NCBI GenBank assembly: GCA_964016885.1
Contig: OZ024746.1
Coordinates: 28,272,001 to 28,336,000 of the forward strand
Source of the DNA: Eledone cirrhosa
Taxonomy: Eukaryota
Direction of reading: 5' to 3'
DNA: 64,000 bases
Position 1 is the first letter of the stretch. Every line of letters begins with the position of its first letter. Below are positions 27,656 through 41,340 of this stretch, piece by piece. Both the position numbers and the translations under genes were made by a program. The notes under the pieces were generated by a model, which saw only the letters and a program-made list of their open reading frames with translations, had not been told where the DNA came from and did not search any database.

Positions 27656-29612
27656 ATGGAAGTCTCACAGCCACACGAAGCTGACAGCCTTCCTCATAAA
27701 CTAACACCTCACACCGACACCACCATTGTAAATATTATTACGTTTGCCAACACTAAAAATTTAATCAGTAGCAATATTTTAAATTTATCTCAGGCAGACA
27801 TTCATTTCCCGCCATTACCAATGACTGCAGGTGTTAAAGCCGCCACCACCACCACCACCACCGCGACACCCCCTACCACCACCGCGACAACAGAAACAAA
27901 AGGAAAAAATAAATCAACTCGTGATGTCGAAATGTTTTAAACCAAAATGGACTCTTCCACACCGAACACCACTGACGTCACCACCACCACAACTGAAACT
28001 AAAATTGATAATAACAAAAATAACGATAACAACAACAGCAACAATGACATTAAAAAAACCACCCTGAGTTTTGCCAGAGTAGCAAAACAGTGCGAAGCAT
28101 TTACGGTAACTCAGGAGGAATTAGAAAATGCCCCAAAACTGGTAAAGAAAGATGGGTACAGGGTCAGCCCCCCCCCCACCTAATAAAATGGAGCATCGGC
28201 GCCTATGCACCGTGTCGTATCAAACAATTAATGTAAAATCGCGCCTAGTGGAACGGGCATCCGAGTCCCAAATCCAAAAAGCTTTGGGACATGTGTGGAC
28301 AAGAAAAACCCACATCAGACGTGGGCAGAAGTATGGAACCGTGGACGTGTTCTTTGAAACACCAGAGGAGGCTAGAGAACACTCCATGACTCCATTAAGA
28401 AGTGACGACTTCACACTCGTCCCAAGCTATTGTGGCCAGAGACTCGTAAAGATCAGAGTGACCCACGTTCCACCGGCCATCGAAATACCCTGGCTAATAG
28501 CGGCCGTGCTCGCCGGCATCGAAGCCAACACAATGATAATAGCAATAGCAAAAGAAAAGCAGGAGAACTGGTCCGGATCTGGGATGGAGCTCCTGATCCA
28601 AGCGGACCATAAAAGCATTGAGGAGATCCCAGAGGTAATAGACCTCACTGACGGCAGCCACCTCACCGTAATTGTCGAAGGCAGAAGGCCTAGGTTTGTC
28701 GTCTGTGGTGAAGGAACCCACCTAAGGGCTTTCTGCCCTCATGCTAAAAGGTTGTGGCCACCTCTCCTACCCACCCCAGTGACTCAACCATCAACACCAC
28801 CAGTAGCAGAGATGGCAGCAACAACTGTAGCAGCAACAACAGAAGCAACTATAACAGCAACAACCCCAGCAACAGTAGCAAAACCAACACCACCACCACC
28901 CAACGCTTCAGAACTAGCACCAGCGCCTACACCATCCACCACGCCACAACCAAAACTAACACCTGTGGAGGATTTTCCACTCCCCGGCCTAACACAACTG
29001 GAGACAGATTGTGACGACAAGGAGTGGGAAACGGTATCAGGAAAAAAGAAAAAAAGAAACCAAAAAAGAAAAAATTCTCTTCCTTCCCCCTCCAAAAACA
29101 AAATACAGAAGGAAACAAATAAATTAAAAAACAAAAAAGTTAGGACAGATATGCCACCATCCACACCAGCATCACCAACCCCATCACCCCAAACACCAAC
29201 ACCATCACCATCATTAACCCCAACACCACCATCACCTACACCACAAAAGTCACCAAAATGCGAAACAGAAACAAACCCACAACAAACGCAAACAAAACAA
29301 AACAACCAAAACGATACACACTACACAGCATTAAATTTGAACAACAAGCAATTATTACACTACATCCAACACAACACCAGCATCACAGAAAAAGACTACA
29401 CAACAATCCAAAAATTCACACCACCTCCACACATACAAATCACTCGCATCACACAGAAAACGTACATGACACTAAAACAAAAATTCCCCAAAGACATCGG
29501 AGACTTCCGACAAGCACTCTCCATGAGGATTTATAAGGACATCCTTCCTGAGGAGGCCACAAGCAGTGAAAAGGATGGAAAAACCGTCCTTCCCCTACGA
29601 GAAGTAAAGTAA
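27656..29612 (+). pseudogene. ORF1 (gag-like) of Tx1-like element; in-frame stop at 27938 and frameshift at poly-C near 28170
   Basis: SFARVA motif; VIVEGRRPR followed by a degenerate CCHC knuckle (FVVCGEGTHLRAFC); Pro/Thr-rich tail; WETVSGKKKKR. Confidence 0.75.
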
Positions 29613-29646
29613 GTGGTCTTTCCCATCTTTTCCACTCCTTTTCAAC

Positions 29647-32600
29647 ATGACCTCACTCAGAATAGGCAGCATAAATGCGCGTGGCTTGGGGTCGTCATGG
29701 AAGCAGGGCCACCTGCTCAACGACCTCAGGTCACTAAACATAGATGTAGTGGCCATCAGCGAGACCAGAATCTCCGAAGCACGGGCCTTCGCACCGATCT
29801 TCGGCGGCTACGATGTGTACGCATCTCCCAGCCGTGCGGGATCGAGATTAGGAGTTGCTGTGCTTTTTCGGAGAGGTTTGGATCTTGCCATACGAGCCAT
29901 CTTCCTGGACCCAGAAGGTAAGTTGGTGGTGCTGGACGTGACCAGCGGAGACGGGCAAGCTTTCAGGTTAGTGGCCGTCTATGCCCCGACAGGAGCAGAG
30001 CGGCCTGATTTCTTCCCGCGTCTGGAGACCTTTCTTGGAACGTCCCGCTCTTTAGTGTTAGTTGGCGACTGGAACGCGATCTTAGATGCACGCTGGGATT
30101 GTGTGGGATTAGTGGATAGGGAAGGAGGGTGCAAGAGTCTCACCAACCTGCTCAGGCGTTTTGAACTGTCTGACAGGTACCGAATGGATTTCCCGAATGT
30201 ACCAATGTGGACTTGGACAAATCGTATAGGGTCATCCAGATCATATCTAGATAGAGTATTTTGTAGGGAAATAGATAGGTCTAGCATAGGCTGTCCACAA
30301 TTCAAGATAGTCAGCTACACGGACCACAAATTCGTGATGTGTGCTTGACTTAGATAGGCTTCATAGACGAGGACCCGGCTACTGGAAGCTAAACGCGTCC
30401 TTACCAGCGCGCAAGGCCTACAGAGACCGGATTAGCGAACTAGTTAAGCGGGCGTTGACGGGGGCCATCGTCAACAACAAGTGGTGGTTTGCTCTGAAAA
30501 GAGCAATTAGAATAGAGTCCATTAGGTTTAGTAAGGCTTTAGCAATAGAGAAAAATAGAGCAGAGGGAGAATTAGTTAGAAAATTAGATGAGGCGCTTAG
30601 CAAAGGCATCGCGACCGACGTACTTGCGGCGAAATTGGCCCTTGACCAATTCTTCAATGCAAAGCACGAAGGCTGTGTTGTCAGAGTTAGGGTGCGTGCT
30701 CTCAGACACGAGGGGACGAAAGCCGTTCAATGGACCCGAGTGGCGGAGGCGCGTCGTGGCAACAAAGCCACGATCCGGTCTTTGGTGGACCACGACGGGC
30801 CCATGCTACTCGATCCCGGGCAAATGTGTGAAGCTTTTCAGCGACACTTCGCTCAACTGTTAGGGGGCAGTGGCGGGCCGGTTCGAGGGATGGACTTTAG
30901 TGTCTACCTCAACGGACTGCCGCGGCTTTCGGCCACTGAGGCGGAGTGTTGCGAAAAGTCGATAACAACCGCTGAAGTACGGGAGGCAATGACTGGCTGC
31001 ACAAGGGGTAAATCGCCTGGTTTGGATGGTCTGCCCTATGAACTTTACGTACAAATGCCAGACTTGTTCGGAGGCCTCTTGGCGGACGTCTACTGCAATT
31101 GGCAACAGAACGGGAGAATTCCCAGCTCTGTGAGCCGAGGAGCGGTGGCACTGCTGAGAAAGGATCCGAACAAGGGGGAAAACATAGATAATTTCCGGCC
31201 CATAACTCTGCTAAACACAGAGTTCAAGATTTTGGCCAAGGTGCTAGCAAAGAGGTTGGCGCTTGTCGTTGGTGGTCTCGTGGGAGAGGCACAGACATGT
31301 GCCATTCCCGACAGATCCATCCACAACAACCTCCACCTCATGCGATACATCGTAGAGAGGGTAGCTAGGGAACCTGGCACGGGTGGATCTTTGATCAATT
31401 TAGATCAGTCGAAAGCCTTCGATAGAGTCGACCATCGTTACCTAGCGGCAGTCCTGAGGGCGGCTGGCTTTGGGCCCGTCTTCAGAGGCTGGATCGCTGC
31501 CATGCACAGCGACATCCGCTCTGTAGTGAGAGTGAACGGTCACCTTTCGGAACCGTTCAACATCATGCGCTCGGTCCGCCAAGGATGTCCCCTCTCGTCC
31601 CTCTTGTACGTATTGACTCTCGAGCCATTACTGCACAAACTGGAGACGTTGAGGGGGGTCCCGCGCGAACTAGGATGCGGAAGATCCGTGTCAGCATATG
31701 CGGACGATGTCACCGTAGTGGTGTCGAACGCCAAACACATCGAGGCGATCGGCACTACACTAAGAGAATACGAAGCGGTGACAGGGGCAATGATCAACCA
31801 GGAAAAGTCAGTGGGCCTGCAGCTCGGCACCTGGAGAGGCAGGTCCATGCCGTCCAACAGCGTCGTCGGGCGCTGGACGGACGGACCGGTTAAATTGCTA
31901 GGTGTCTGGTTCGGTCCAGACCTCCAGACGGACAAAAACTGGGACGAGGTGACGAGCAGGGTGGCTTCTCTCACCCAGAAATGGGCCGAGAGGAAGCTAT
32001 CCCTGAAAGGTCGAGCGGAGGTGGCTAACGCGTACATCGCGTCCGTCATCTACTACCGCCTGACCGTCGTACCTTGTCCTAAGCCCCGCCTGACTGCGCT
32101 GGAGCGTTTGCTCTTTCGCTTCTTGTGGAAGGGACGCGCTCCGATGGTCAGGCGGTCCATCTGCTGTCAACACCCGCTACGTGGAGGGCTGGGCATGCCG
32201 TGGCTGATGATGCGCAGACACGCGCTCAGGCTACGACATCTCCACCTCTTCCTCGACGGTGATCAGGTGTGGTCGCCCTTTGCTAGACACGTTTTTCCCC
32301 AGCTCGTTTCCTTGACGGAGCTGCAGTCCTGGGTCAAGCGAAGACCGAGAGGGAGCGCTTGGAGACTGGAATGTCTTCAGGCGCTCACAGCCCTCGACCA
32401 ATCGGGCAATGTGATCGGTGGAAACTCAACCTTGGCGTTCTATAGGGGATTAGTGGAGGGGTAGAGCGACGACGTACTTGGAGAAATTCTAGGCGTCGAC
32501 GAAAATCAACTAGCCAATCTTTTCGGAAGGACTTTCGAGCCGGGCCTATGAACAACTTCCAGAAATCCCTGGCCTGGCAGAGCTACCGGGGTGCTTTGCC

Positions 32601-33063
32601 AGTTCGGGATAAACTCTACAGGCATGGAGGTGCCGTCAGCCGGGCATGTCCGAGATGCGCACAGGGCGACGAAACCGTCCTGCACGCACTCGTCCAGTGT
32701 CCGAGCATTGCTGACTTGTGGGTTTATGTCGAACACCTGCTGTCACGTGTAGGACGGATCCAGCTATCAGCTGAGTCCATCGTGAGGATTGCCCCGCCCT
32801 CTTCCTTTAGCCGGGAAGGGCAGGTAGTTTTTATCTGTCTGGTGGCCATGGCGAAAGGGATAGTATGGTGGACACGTTTGAAAGGGCTGAAGACGAGCAC
32901 TTACCTCTTCGGTGATGCCCTGATTAACTTTTTCAAATTTCATTTGAAAAGGAAAATCAGGGTAGAGAGGGAAGTGCTCTCTTCCCAGCATTTTGTTGAA
33001 TAATGGGTAAGAGAAGCAAGTATGGCCCGAATGAATGGGCCTTCTCTGAGTATGTGTCTGTAA
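29647..33063 (+). pseudogene. ORF2: AP endonuclease, RT and C-terminal zinc finger, with about four lesions
   Basis: SINARGL, SETR, VYAP, GDWN, YLDR, TDHK; WKLN, KSPGLDG, RPITLLN, KAFDRV, RQGCPLS, YADD; CPRC..ETVLHALVQC. Confidence 0.92.
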
Positions 33064-33313
33064 ATTAAGGGTGAAAAACTGGGAGAGGGCACTTGCCCTG
33101 GTGGTCAGGATCACTGTGGTCTTTTAATGGGCTTTCTCCACAAATGTCCCTCGGAAGTCTCCCCCCTATTGGGGAATTTTTCTTTGTTATTTTATTTCAT
33201 CCTCTGTTTCTTGTTTTTTACACGCAGAAATGCCCATTTGTACCGTCCTGTATTGTCTTGTACTGTCCTTAATGTCTACTTTATGTAAACCCTTGTGGTT
33301 TATAAAGAAAACA

Positions 33314-33344
<31 letters not shown>

Positions 33345-33449
33345 GCATCGTAATCATTTGTCTTGTTTTTAATGCATGCCATCACTGTATTTGCGAGCAT
33401 AGTTATGTACGCCTTATGTATGTACAGTGATGGTGTAGCTGTTGCATCT

Positions 33450-34490
33450 ATCATATCGAGAATACTCTTCGTATTATGTGTACGGTAACTAGTAATGTTA
33501 TTCGTTGTATCTTGTATTTATTTATATGTCTGTGGCTTTGGTTATGCATCTGCCTGTCCGTGTGTCTTTTTATCATTCTTTGAACAGTTGTTGTTACCAT
33601 CCACATTCGGGTTAGTTCTATCTCCAGATCTTTATATTTGGATAATTTAGCTATTTCCTTGATCGATGTATAGTCTTCTCTAGAGATTGATACGTCTGTT
33701 AGGTGTGGTCTTTGACTATAATATATTGTCAACTGACTTTCTATCTCCCTGTCTCTGTGTATTGGTATATACCACAGTATGGTTGGTTAGTCATTCTCTG
33801 ACAGCGTTTCTGGTGTATGTCAGTAACCGCCATTTTCCTGTTGGTATTTCGCAGTGTTTACATAACTAGTTTATGTAAATCCCAACTCTATCATGTCTGT
33901 TGATATAATCTTTTTTGGTTAAGACTACGCAACCAGATAATGTGGTTAATTGTTTCTTCTCCATTAACACATATTTTGCAGTTATTGAGTTCTGCTTTAT
34001 GTACTGGTACTTTCTTGTGAGGAGGTTTTGATATTGTGCTGCAATTAGAAATCCTTCAGTTTCGGATTTTAGTTCAGTGCTTTTTGCAATTTTGTGAAAT
34101 TTTGTTTGTCCGCCTCCTCATTATTCAGTTTTTTTCGACTGTTATCCATGCAATGTTTTTTCTTACCAATCATTCTGGAGATCTGTTTTCAATTTCAATG
34201 TTATCATTTACAACATTTCTGTTGTTTATTCTAGTTTTTGTTTGTCATTTTCCTCATAATCATCTGTCAATTTAGTTTCTGTTTTGAATATGTAGGCTTC
34301 CTTAAAGACAGAACATAATTTTTTGCTTTGTTCATGCTTCGTGTTTATTTGTAATAACTCTGCATTATTCTTCATTAGCTATACTTTACAGTCCTACAGT
34401 GGTTATTTTATAGCAATTTTCTAGTCGTATAAGTCCCCTTCCTTATTTGCGGAGTCGATAAATAAAATATACGGAATTTTTTAAGAGTCC
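33450..34490 (-). mobile_element. Heavily decayed R4/Dong-like fragment
   Basis: KEIAKLSKYKDLEIELTRMW and GRGLI motifs parallel the 38200-39256 region. Confidence 0.7.
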
Positions 34491-35793
34491 AACACGATGT
34501 TTTGTGATGTCTGCTCTAGATCTGTACATTCTGAGTTTAAATACCGCCACCTTCTCCTGTCCGCCTTTGTGATCAACAGTTAGTACAACAATGAAAAGAC
34601 CAATGGAAACATTGTTTACTTGATCAGATCTGACGATCAACTCCTTTCTTCTACCAGAAGGGGTGACGAGCAATTAGTATCAGCAGTGGCAAGACTTGTT
34701 TAAATATCACCCATCTTCAACCAGCAGTTGTGACTAGCAGTTAGTATCAGCAATGGAAAGACCAACCGAAACATTGTTTTCATGGTTAGATCTGACATTC
34801 GGCTCTTTTTTCTCTTCCTAAGTGTGTGTGAAGTAGTGATTCAGAAATTTTGAATGTGGAGAATGGTGAATTTTGTTGTAGGATACATTCACAAGAGGGC
34901 AGTGAAGTTTGCATAGTTGTTAGAAACTCTGAGAGAAAGCTATTCGTTAGGGATCTCTGTTAGGTATTCGTTAGGGCTCTCTGCTGGCCGAGGTCAAATT
35001 TGGCTTTCATCCTTTCATGTGTATTGTTTTCTCTCATTTTCTCTCACTCGTTTTCATTCACTCTCTTTTTATCTGAAACAAATCGGTTGTGTTCTGACCT
35101 GGAGTTGGATGCCCAAGATATACCAGCCCCACGACTCAGTAAAGGATTCGGGTGACATGTATATATTAGGAATTTCTACCTAATTTCATGTTCATGTGTA
35201 GACAATTCTGAAAGTAGATGGAATTTAAAAAAAAATTTATTTCTTGTTGATTAGGCAGAAAATATTAGATTCAAACCTTTCTAATGTTCAGTTTACCGCG
35301 GGTGTCATGTGCGAATTTTATTGTTCAGTGAATCCATTGAATTCTTACATTTAATAGATGAAACCTTTCCATAACATTCTCTGTTCTCTCTATTAGGCGA
35401 TTAATAAGATATAAATGTTGTTTAGTGTGGTAGATATATTATCTAAAGAACACTTGAGTGAATAGTTGTCAACAATTTAGAAGCAATCTCGAAAGAGAGA
35501 AGTCATATTTGTTTGCTCTCCTCTGCATTTACTCTTTGACGAAAGTCTTTTTGTATTCCCCTGTTCTTTCCCCATTACCATTTTCACAGTTTATTACAAA
35601 TATTATTATTTTTCGTTAGCAGAGTCGCTAAAGTATCGGGCAAAAGCTTAGCAATATTTGTTCCAGCTCTTTATGTTCTGTATCTAAATTCTGCCCAGTG
35701 TATAACTGTGGTCATTATAATCGACCCCACTCCATAAAATGAGGACCTTGTGCCTAAATTAGAAATAATAATAATAATAATAATAACAGCAGC

Positions 35794-35833
<40 letters not shown>

Positions 35834-35837
<4 letters not shown>

Positions 35838-38800
35838 AGGAATTCATAAGATCTGAGTACATTCGGAGAGTAAGGAGCGTATTAAAATCATATCTGAACA
35901 GTAGGAATGCCAAAAGACCTCCATCTTACCAAATCACAAATAGGTTTGTAGAAATGAGAAGCCCTATTGAACCCGCTGAAAATATCAAGGAGAGGGACTT
36001 AGAAACAGTAATTGAAAACCAAACATCTGCTGAAGAACACAGGGAGACTATGAAGGAATTAAAGCAAACAATACTGAATGAGCTTGCAGTAGTAAGACAT
36101 TCTAGTATAAATGACAGAGAACCACTTCTAAAACTCCCAAATACAATCCAAAATAGCAAACAAATAATTGTTTCTACTTTAGGCACAAGGCCAGCAATTA
36201 CCCAGTGCATTACTGGTACTTTATTTTATCGACCCCGTAAGGATGAAAGGCAAAGTCAACCTCGGCGGGATTTGAACTCAGATTGTAAAGGGACATAACT
36301 ATGCTGGAAAGCATTGTGTCCGACCCTCTACCGATACTGCCAATCTACCGCCCTGAAATAGCAAACAAATAATGATTGGTAATTCTGTGACAAAAGAAAT
36401 CATAGAAGAACTAGAACCTGATCTTACTGAGTTAAATGAAATCATTTATGCATCTACTAGAGTAATTGAAACAAGTTGTTTACCACAAAAAAAAAAAAAA
36501 AAAAAGTCGAACCTTCGAGGTAAACCAATTTGGAGGAGTAGTATCGAAAAGGAAATTGACGTAATGAGAGGAGAAATATCTTTATTGAGTGAGTTAACCG
36601 CTGGAAATGATATAAGATCCAAGAAGGTAAGAAAGCTAAGGAGAAAATATAGACTGTCTTCTAGAGAAGCAATAGTTTCAACAAAAGAATCTCTGAAACA
36701 AAAAGTCCAAGTAAAAGCCCAACGAATTCGTAGATTCGAGAAGCAAAACAACTTCTACAGGCAAAATAAGTTGTTCTCATCCAATGCCAAGTCATTTTAT
36801 AGAGAAGTAGGGAAGAAAAAAATAATTATTGAAGAAGTTGAATTAGAAGAAGTTGAAAACTTCTGGAGTAAAATTTGGAGTGATGAGAAGACATATAATG
36901 CTAATGTAGATTGGATTAGTCGCCTGGAGAAATCCTACACAAATTTAGAAGAACAGGCGTGGGAAGACATCTCTATAGCGGACTTAAGGACACCATTCAG
37001 TAAATCTCTTAAATGGAAATCTCCTGGTAGAGACAGGGTGCCAAATTTCTGGCTTTCTTCACTCCCGTGCACTCAGAATATATTGGTCAAGCTGTTTAAT
37101 GGAATTATGAAAGATCCAAAAAATACACCTGATTGGATAGCAAGTGGCATTACCTACCTTCTACCAAAGATCCAAAAAACTATCGGCCCATAACCTGCTT
37201 GTCCACCACTTATAAAATATTAACCTCTATTCTCATGGAAAAAGCATACGTGATTTTGGAGGAGAATGATCTTTTCCCCATTGAACAAAAAGGGTGCCGA
37301 CGAGGTTCATATGGTTGCAAAGATCAACTTTTGATTAATCGTATGATCCTTGAGAACTGTCATAATAAACACAGAAATCTCAGTTCTGCATGGATCGATT
37401 ATCAAAAAAGCCTTTGACAGCATACCACACTCATGGATTCTGAAATCACTGGACATCTTCAAAATCTCTCCTGTGATCTCAAACTTCTTGAAACACAATA
37501 TGTCATTATGGAACACAAATCTCCAAATGTCTCATTCCACTGGGGTACTGTGCTCTAGAAATATAAACATCAACTGTGGTATATTCCAGGATGACTCACT
37601 TTCACCCTTGCTTTTCTGCATAGCTTTAATACCCCTTACATCCGAACTTAATAGAACAGGGTACGGTTATAAAATTGACAACAACAAAATAAGCCACCTA
37701 TTTTATATGGATGATTTGAAGCTATATTGCAAAGATAATGACGAACTGGAAGGCCTTTTGCGGACAGTAAAAACGTTTAGCGATGACATCAGGATGGAGT
37801 TTGGACTTGACAAGTGTGCAAAAGCCACTTTCAAGAAGGGGAAGCTTGTCAACTCAGTCTAAGTTGAATTGGATGCTGAAACAATCATAAAGGAACTTGA
37901 GCAGGAAGAAACCTATAAATACTTAGGGATTAATGAGGGCTCTGGCATACAGCATGCAAGTATGAAAAAGAGAATAAGGAAAGAATGTTACAGGAGAGTA
38001 CGTGCAGTTCTGAGATCAGAACTAAACGCTCGTAACAAGGTGCTAGCCATAAATTCCTTGGCAGTCCCAGTTGTCACTTATAGCTTCGGTGTGTTGAACT
38101 GGAATACGAGTGAAATCAAAAGAATCGACACCAAAGTCCGTAAGCTACTGATCTGTAATAGGATGCACCACCCAAAAGCAGATGTGGATCGTCTTTACCT
38201 TCCTAGAACTCGAGGAGGCCGTGGCCTGATCCAATTTGAACTTGCTTACAAGCCCATCATCATTGGACTGGCCAAATACCTAGAAACAACTAACGACTGT
38301 ATGCTGAAACTTGTTGAAAAGCATGAGAGAAGTAAGAAGCTTCATTCTATCTTGAAGGAGCGCAATAAATATGCTACTGATCTCATGTTTGATACCCAGG
38401 CGGGACAGACTAAAGAAACTGTTGCAACTGATCTGCTAGGCACATAAAATCACTGGCAAAAGCAAAGGGGTAAGGACAATTAGCATCAAATTGGGACCAG
38501 AAACCTCTTTATGGCAAATATGTGGCCCGTAGAAAACAAGCTGATGTTGACCAAAAGCACACCCATCAATGGCTACATAGCTCAGGGCTAAAGGCGGAGA
38601 GTGAAGGCTTCATCATAGCTGCCCAAGATCAAAGCTTATCGACTCGTAATTACCAGGCCAATGTGATGAGAAACGGAATAAACCCAAAGTACCGATTCTG
38701 CAATGCTGAGGTTGAAACAATGGATCACTTAATCTCCGGATGTAAAGTTTTAGCACCAGTAGAATACAAATATAGACATGACAGAGTTGGCCAATATCTA

Positions 38801-39455
38801 CACTGGGTAATATGTCGGCATTACAAAATCAAAGCTGAAGACAAGTGGTACAATCATCACCCTGAGGCTGTAACTGAAGGAGAAAAAGTAACAGATCTCT
38901 GGGACTTTCCTGTACATACTGACAGGAGCATGAAAGTAAATAGACCTGACATCATTGTAAAAGGTCAACATAACAAGGTCTGTTTATTGATAGATATGAG
39001 CATCCCATGTGATCACAATATCGCGGCAAAAGAATTTGACAAGCTACGAAAATATAAGGATCTGCTTATTGAAATTGAGAAAATGTGGTACCTCAAGACC
39101 GTTACAATACCAGTGCTTGTGAGAGGACTGGGAATGATCAAGAAAGGAACAGAACAATATTTGCGAATGATTCCTGGTTTACCCTCTCTGCACGAGGTGC
39201 AAAAAATTGTTTTGACCGGTACTGCACACGTATTGAGAAGAGCACTATCTCTATAAGATTGATATCCCTCCTTGTATTTACATATGCATATGCACATGTG
39301 TATATATGTATACTGTTTTTTTTGTTTGTTTTTTTAAAATTATAATCAATGTGCTGTATTAACTGGCTTACCAACGCACACTGTGAATTTATTTGCCCTA
39401 GGTGTCAGGAAGACACTCGGCATATATCTCAGAAACAATAATGAAAGAAAATAAA
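35834..39455 (+). mobile_element. R4/Dong-like non-LTR retrotransposon (RT plus restriction-like endonuclease), 5'-truncated and disrupted, in (TAA)n
   Basis: WKSPGRD, YRPITCL, EQKGC, KAFDSIPH, FQDDSLSP, YMDDLKL, ETMDHLISGC, RHD, RPDII..IDMS..KYKDL; (TAA)n on both sides. Confidence 0.9.
36169..36355 (-). mobile_element. SINE nested in the Dong-like element, 18-bp TSD
   Basis: AAATAGCAAACAAATAAT at 36151-36168 and 36356-36373. Confidence 0.92.
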
Positions 39456-39478
39456 AATAATAATAATAATAATAATAA

Positions 39479-41340
39479 TTTCTCTATTGGCCACAAGGGC
39501 CGATTTATAGGGGAGAATGTAAAGAACAGGGTCACTAGGGGGTTTACAACATTCATGCACAAAGAAATATAGCAAAATAAATGTAATAATGAAATTCCGC
39601 AATTGGGGAAGTTAAACAGGTGGGGCTTAGGAACCCCACAAATCTTAAACCACCCGACACACCAAGAGCACCCTAGGAGGGCGGCCCTCTCTCCTCCAAA
39701 CTAGTCAGCCTACAGGAGCATCGTCAGAGTACATTCAGCCACCTATTAACAATTATACTGTGGTGGGAAGCAACACTTTCCTCTTCACCTTGACCTTCCT
39801 TTCCAAGTGGAGCTTGAAAATGTTGATGAGGGTTTGACCGAAGGAGTAAGTGTCTGTCTTCAGTTCTTTCAGCCACGTCAATCAGACAACCACTTTCGCT
39901 ACAGCCACCAGGAGGAGGAAAACTGCCTACCCTTCTCGACCTTCCCGAAGGTGACGAGGCGATCTTCACGATTGACTCGAAAGTCTTCCGGAACAGACGG
40001 GTCAGTTCAATTTCATCGACGCTCTGAAACTTCCCGAGAAGGTTGTTGCACTTGCCCATCACTGGCTGCATTGCCTGACTGCGAGAGTATATGGAAACAT
40101 GCCAGATGTCAGGCTCCCAGTCTCGGTCTTCGGTTAACCCACGACTGCAGCTCAGTCAAAGAGACAACCTGCAGGAAGAGTTGTCTCAGAAACGGCGATC
40201 ACACATGTTCATTGTTTAGGAATATTTGAAGATGCCGTAGCCTCAGCGCATGTGCGTAGAGGATACTGCCAGTAGATGGATCGCCTCATGAATGGAACCT
40301 GCTCCTTCCACAAGAAGGGGAAGAGCAGGCACTCCAGTTTGACTAGGTGTGAACGGGGGCAAAGCTCAAAAGTCAGGTGGTAATAAATGACGGACAGGAT
40401 GTACGCGTTCGTCACCTCCACCCGACCTTTCAGGGATAGCTTTATCTCGGCCCATTTCTGGGTGAGAGTGGCCATCCTGTCGCTTCATCGTTCCAGTTCT
40501 TATCCACCAGGAAGTCTGGACCAAACCAGACCCCGAGTAACTTCACCGGTCCGTCCGCCCGGCGTATGACGTCGCTGTTGATCGATATCGACTTACCTCT
40601 CCCAGTGCCGAGGTGGAAACCAACCGATCTTTCCGAGTTGAACTTTGCTCCCGTCAAACTTTCATATTCCACTAAGAAGTTGCCGACCATTCTTCCTAGT
40701 CGCAGTTCTAGAGGGATATCTAGCAATAACTCCAGCTTCCGCAATAATGACTCGTCACTACGTACAGAAGGGTGGAGAGATGGGTTGAGTGCGTGATCTG
40801 AAACGGTTCCGAAAGGTGGCCATTTACTTTGACCACCGAGCAGATGCCGTTGGGCATTGCAGATCTCCAGTCTCTGAAGACGGGTCCGAAGCCAGCTGCC
40901 TTGAGGACAGCCTCCAGTTATTGACGGTCGATCCTATCGAAAGCTTTCTATTGATCTACATTGAATAGACCCCTACCGAATCCAGGTTCACTCCCTACCA
41001 TTTCTAGGATGTTTGCAATAGGTGGAGCTTATGTTTGGGTCAGTCGTGTATTGATTATGCACCTCTGCACCTCTCCTACCAGGTTCTCAACGACAAGCGC
41101 CAACGTCATTGCTAGCACTACCAGCAACATCTCAAACTCTGTGTTTAGCAGAGTTATGAGCCAGAAATGATCAATTATGTTATTCATCAGCGCCACTTTG
41201 CCTTGACTCACAGGACTGGGAATCCTCCCATTCTGCTGCTACTTGCAGTAGACCGCTTCGAGGATATCGGAAAACAAATGTGGTATATCTATGTAAATCT
41301 CATAGGGCAAACCATTCAAACCGGTCGATGTGTTTCATAG
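39479..41340 (-). mobile_element. Decayed second Tx1-like copy (RT to 3' end)
   Basis: ITLLNTEF, GPVKLLGVWFGPD and LTQKWAEIKLSLKGR match the 30341 ORF. Confidence 0.88.

Larger units (their letters stand above)
27445..33313 (+). mobile_element. Near-full-length L1-clade (Tx1-like) non-LTR retrotransposon flanked by (ATT)n
   Basis: Two-ORF layout, APE-RT-zinc finger ORF2, short 3' UTR. Confidence 0.92.
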
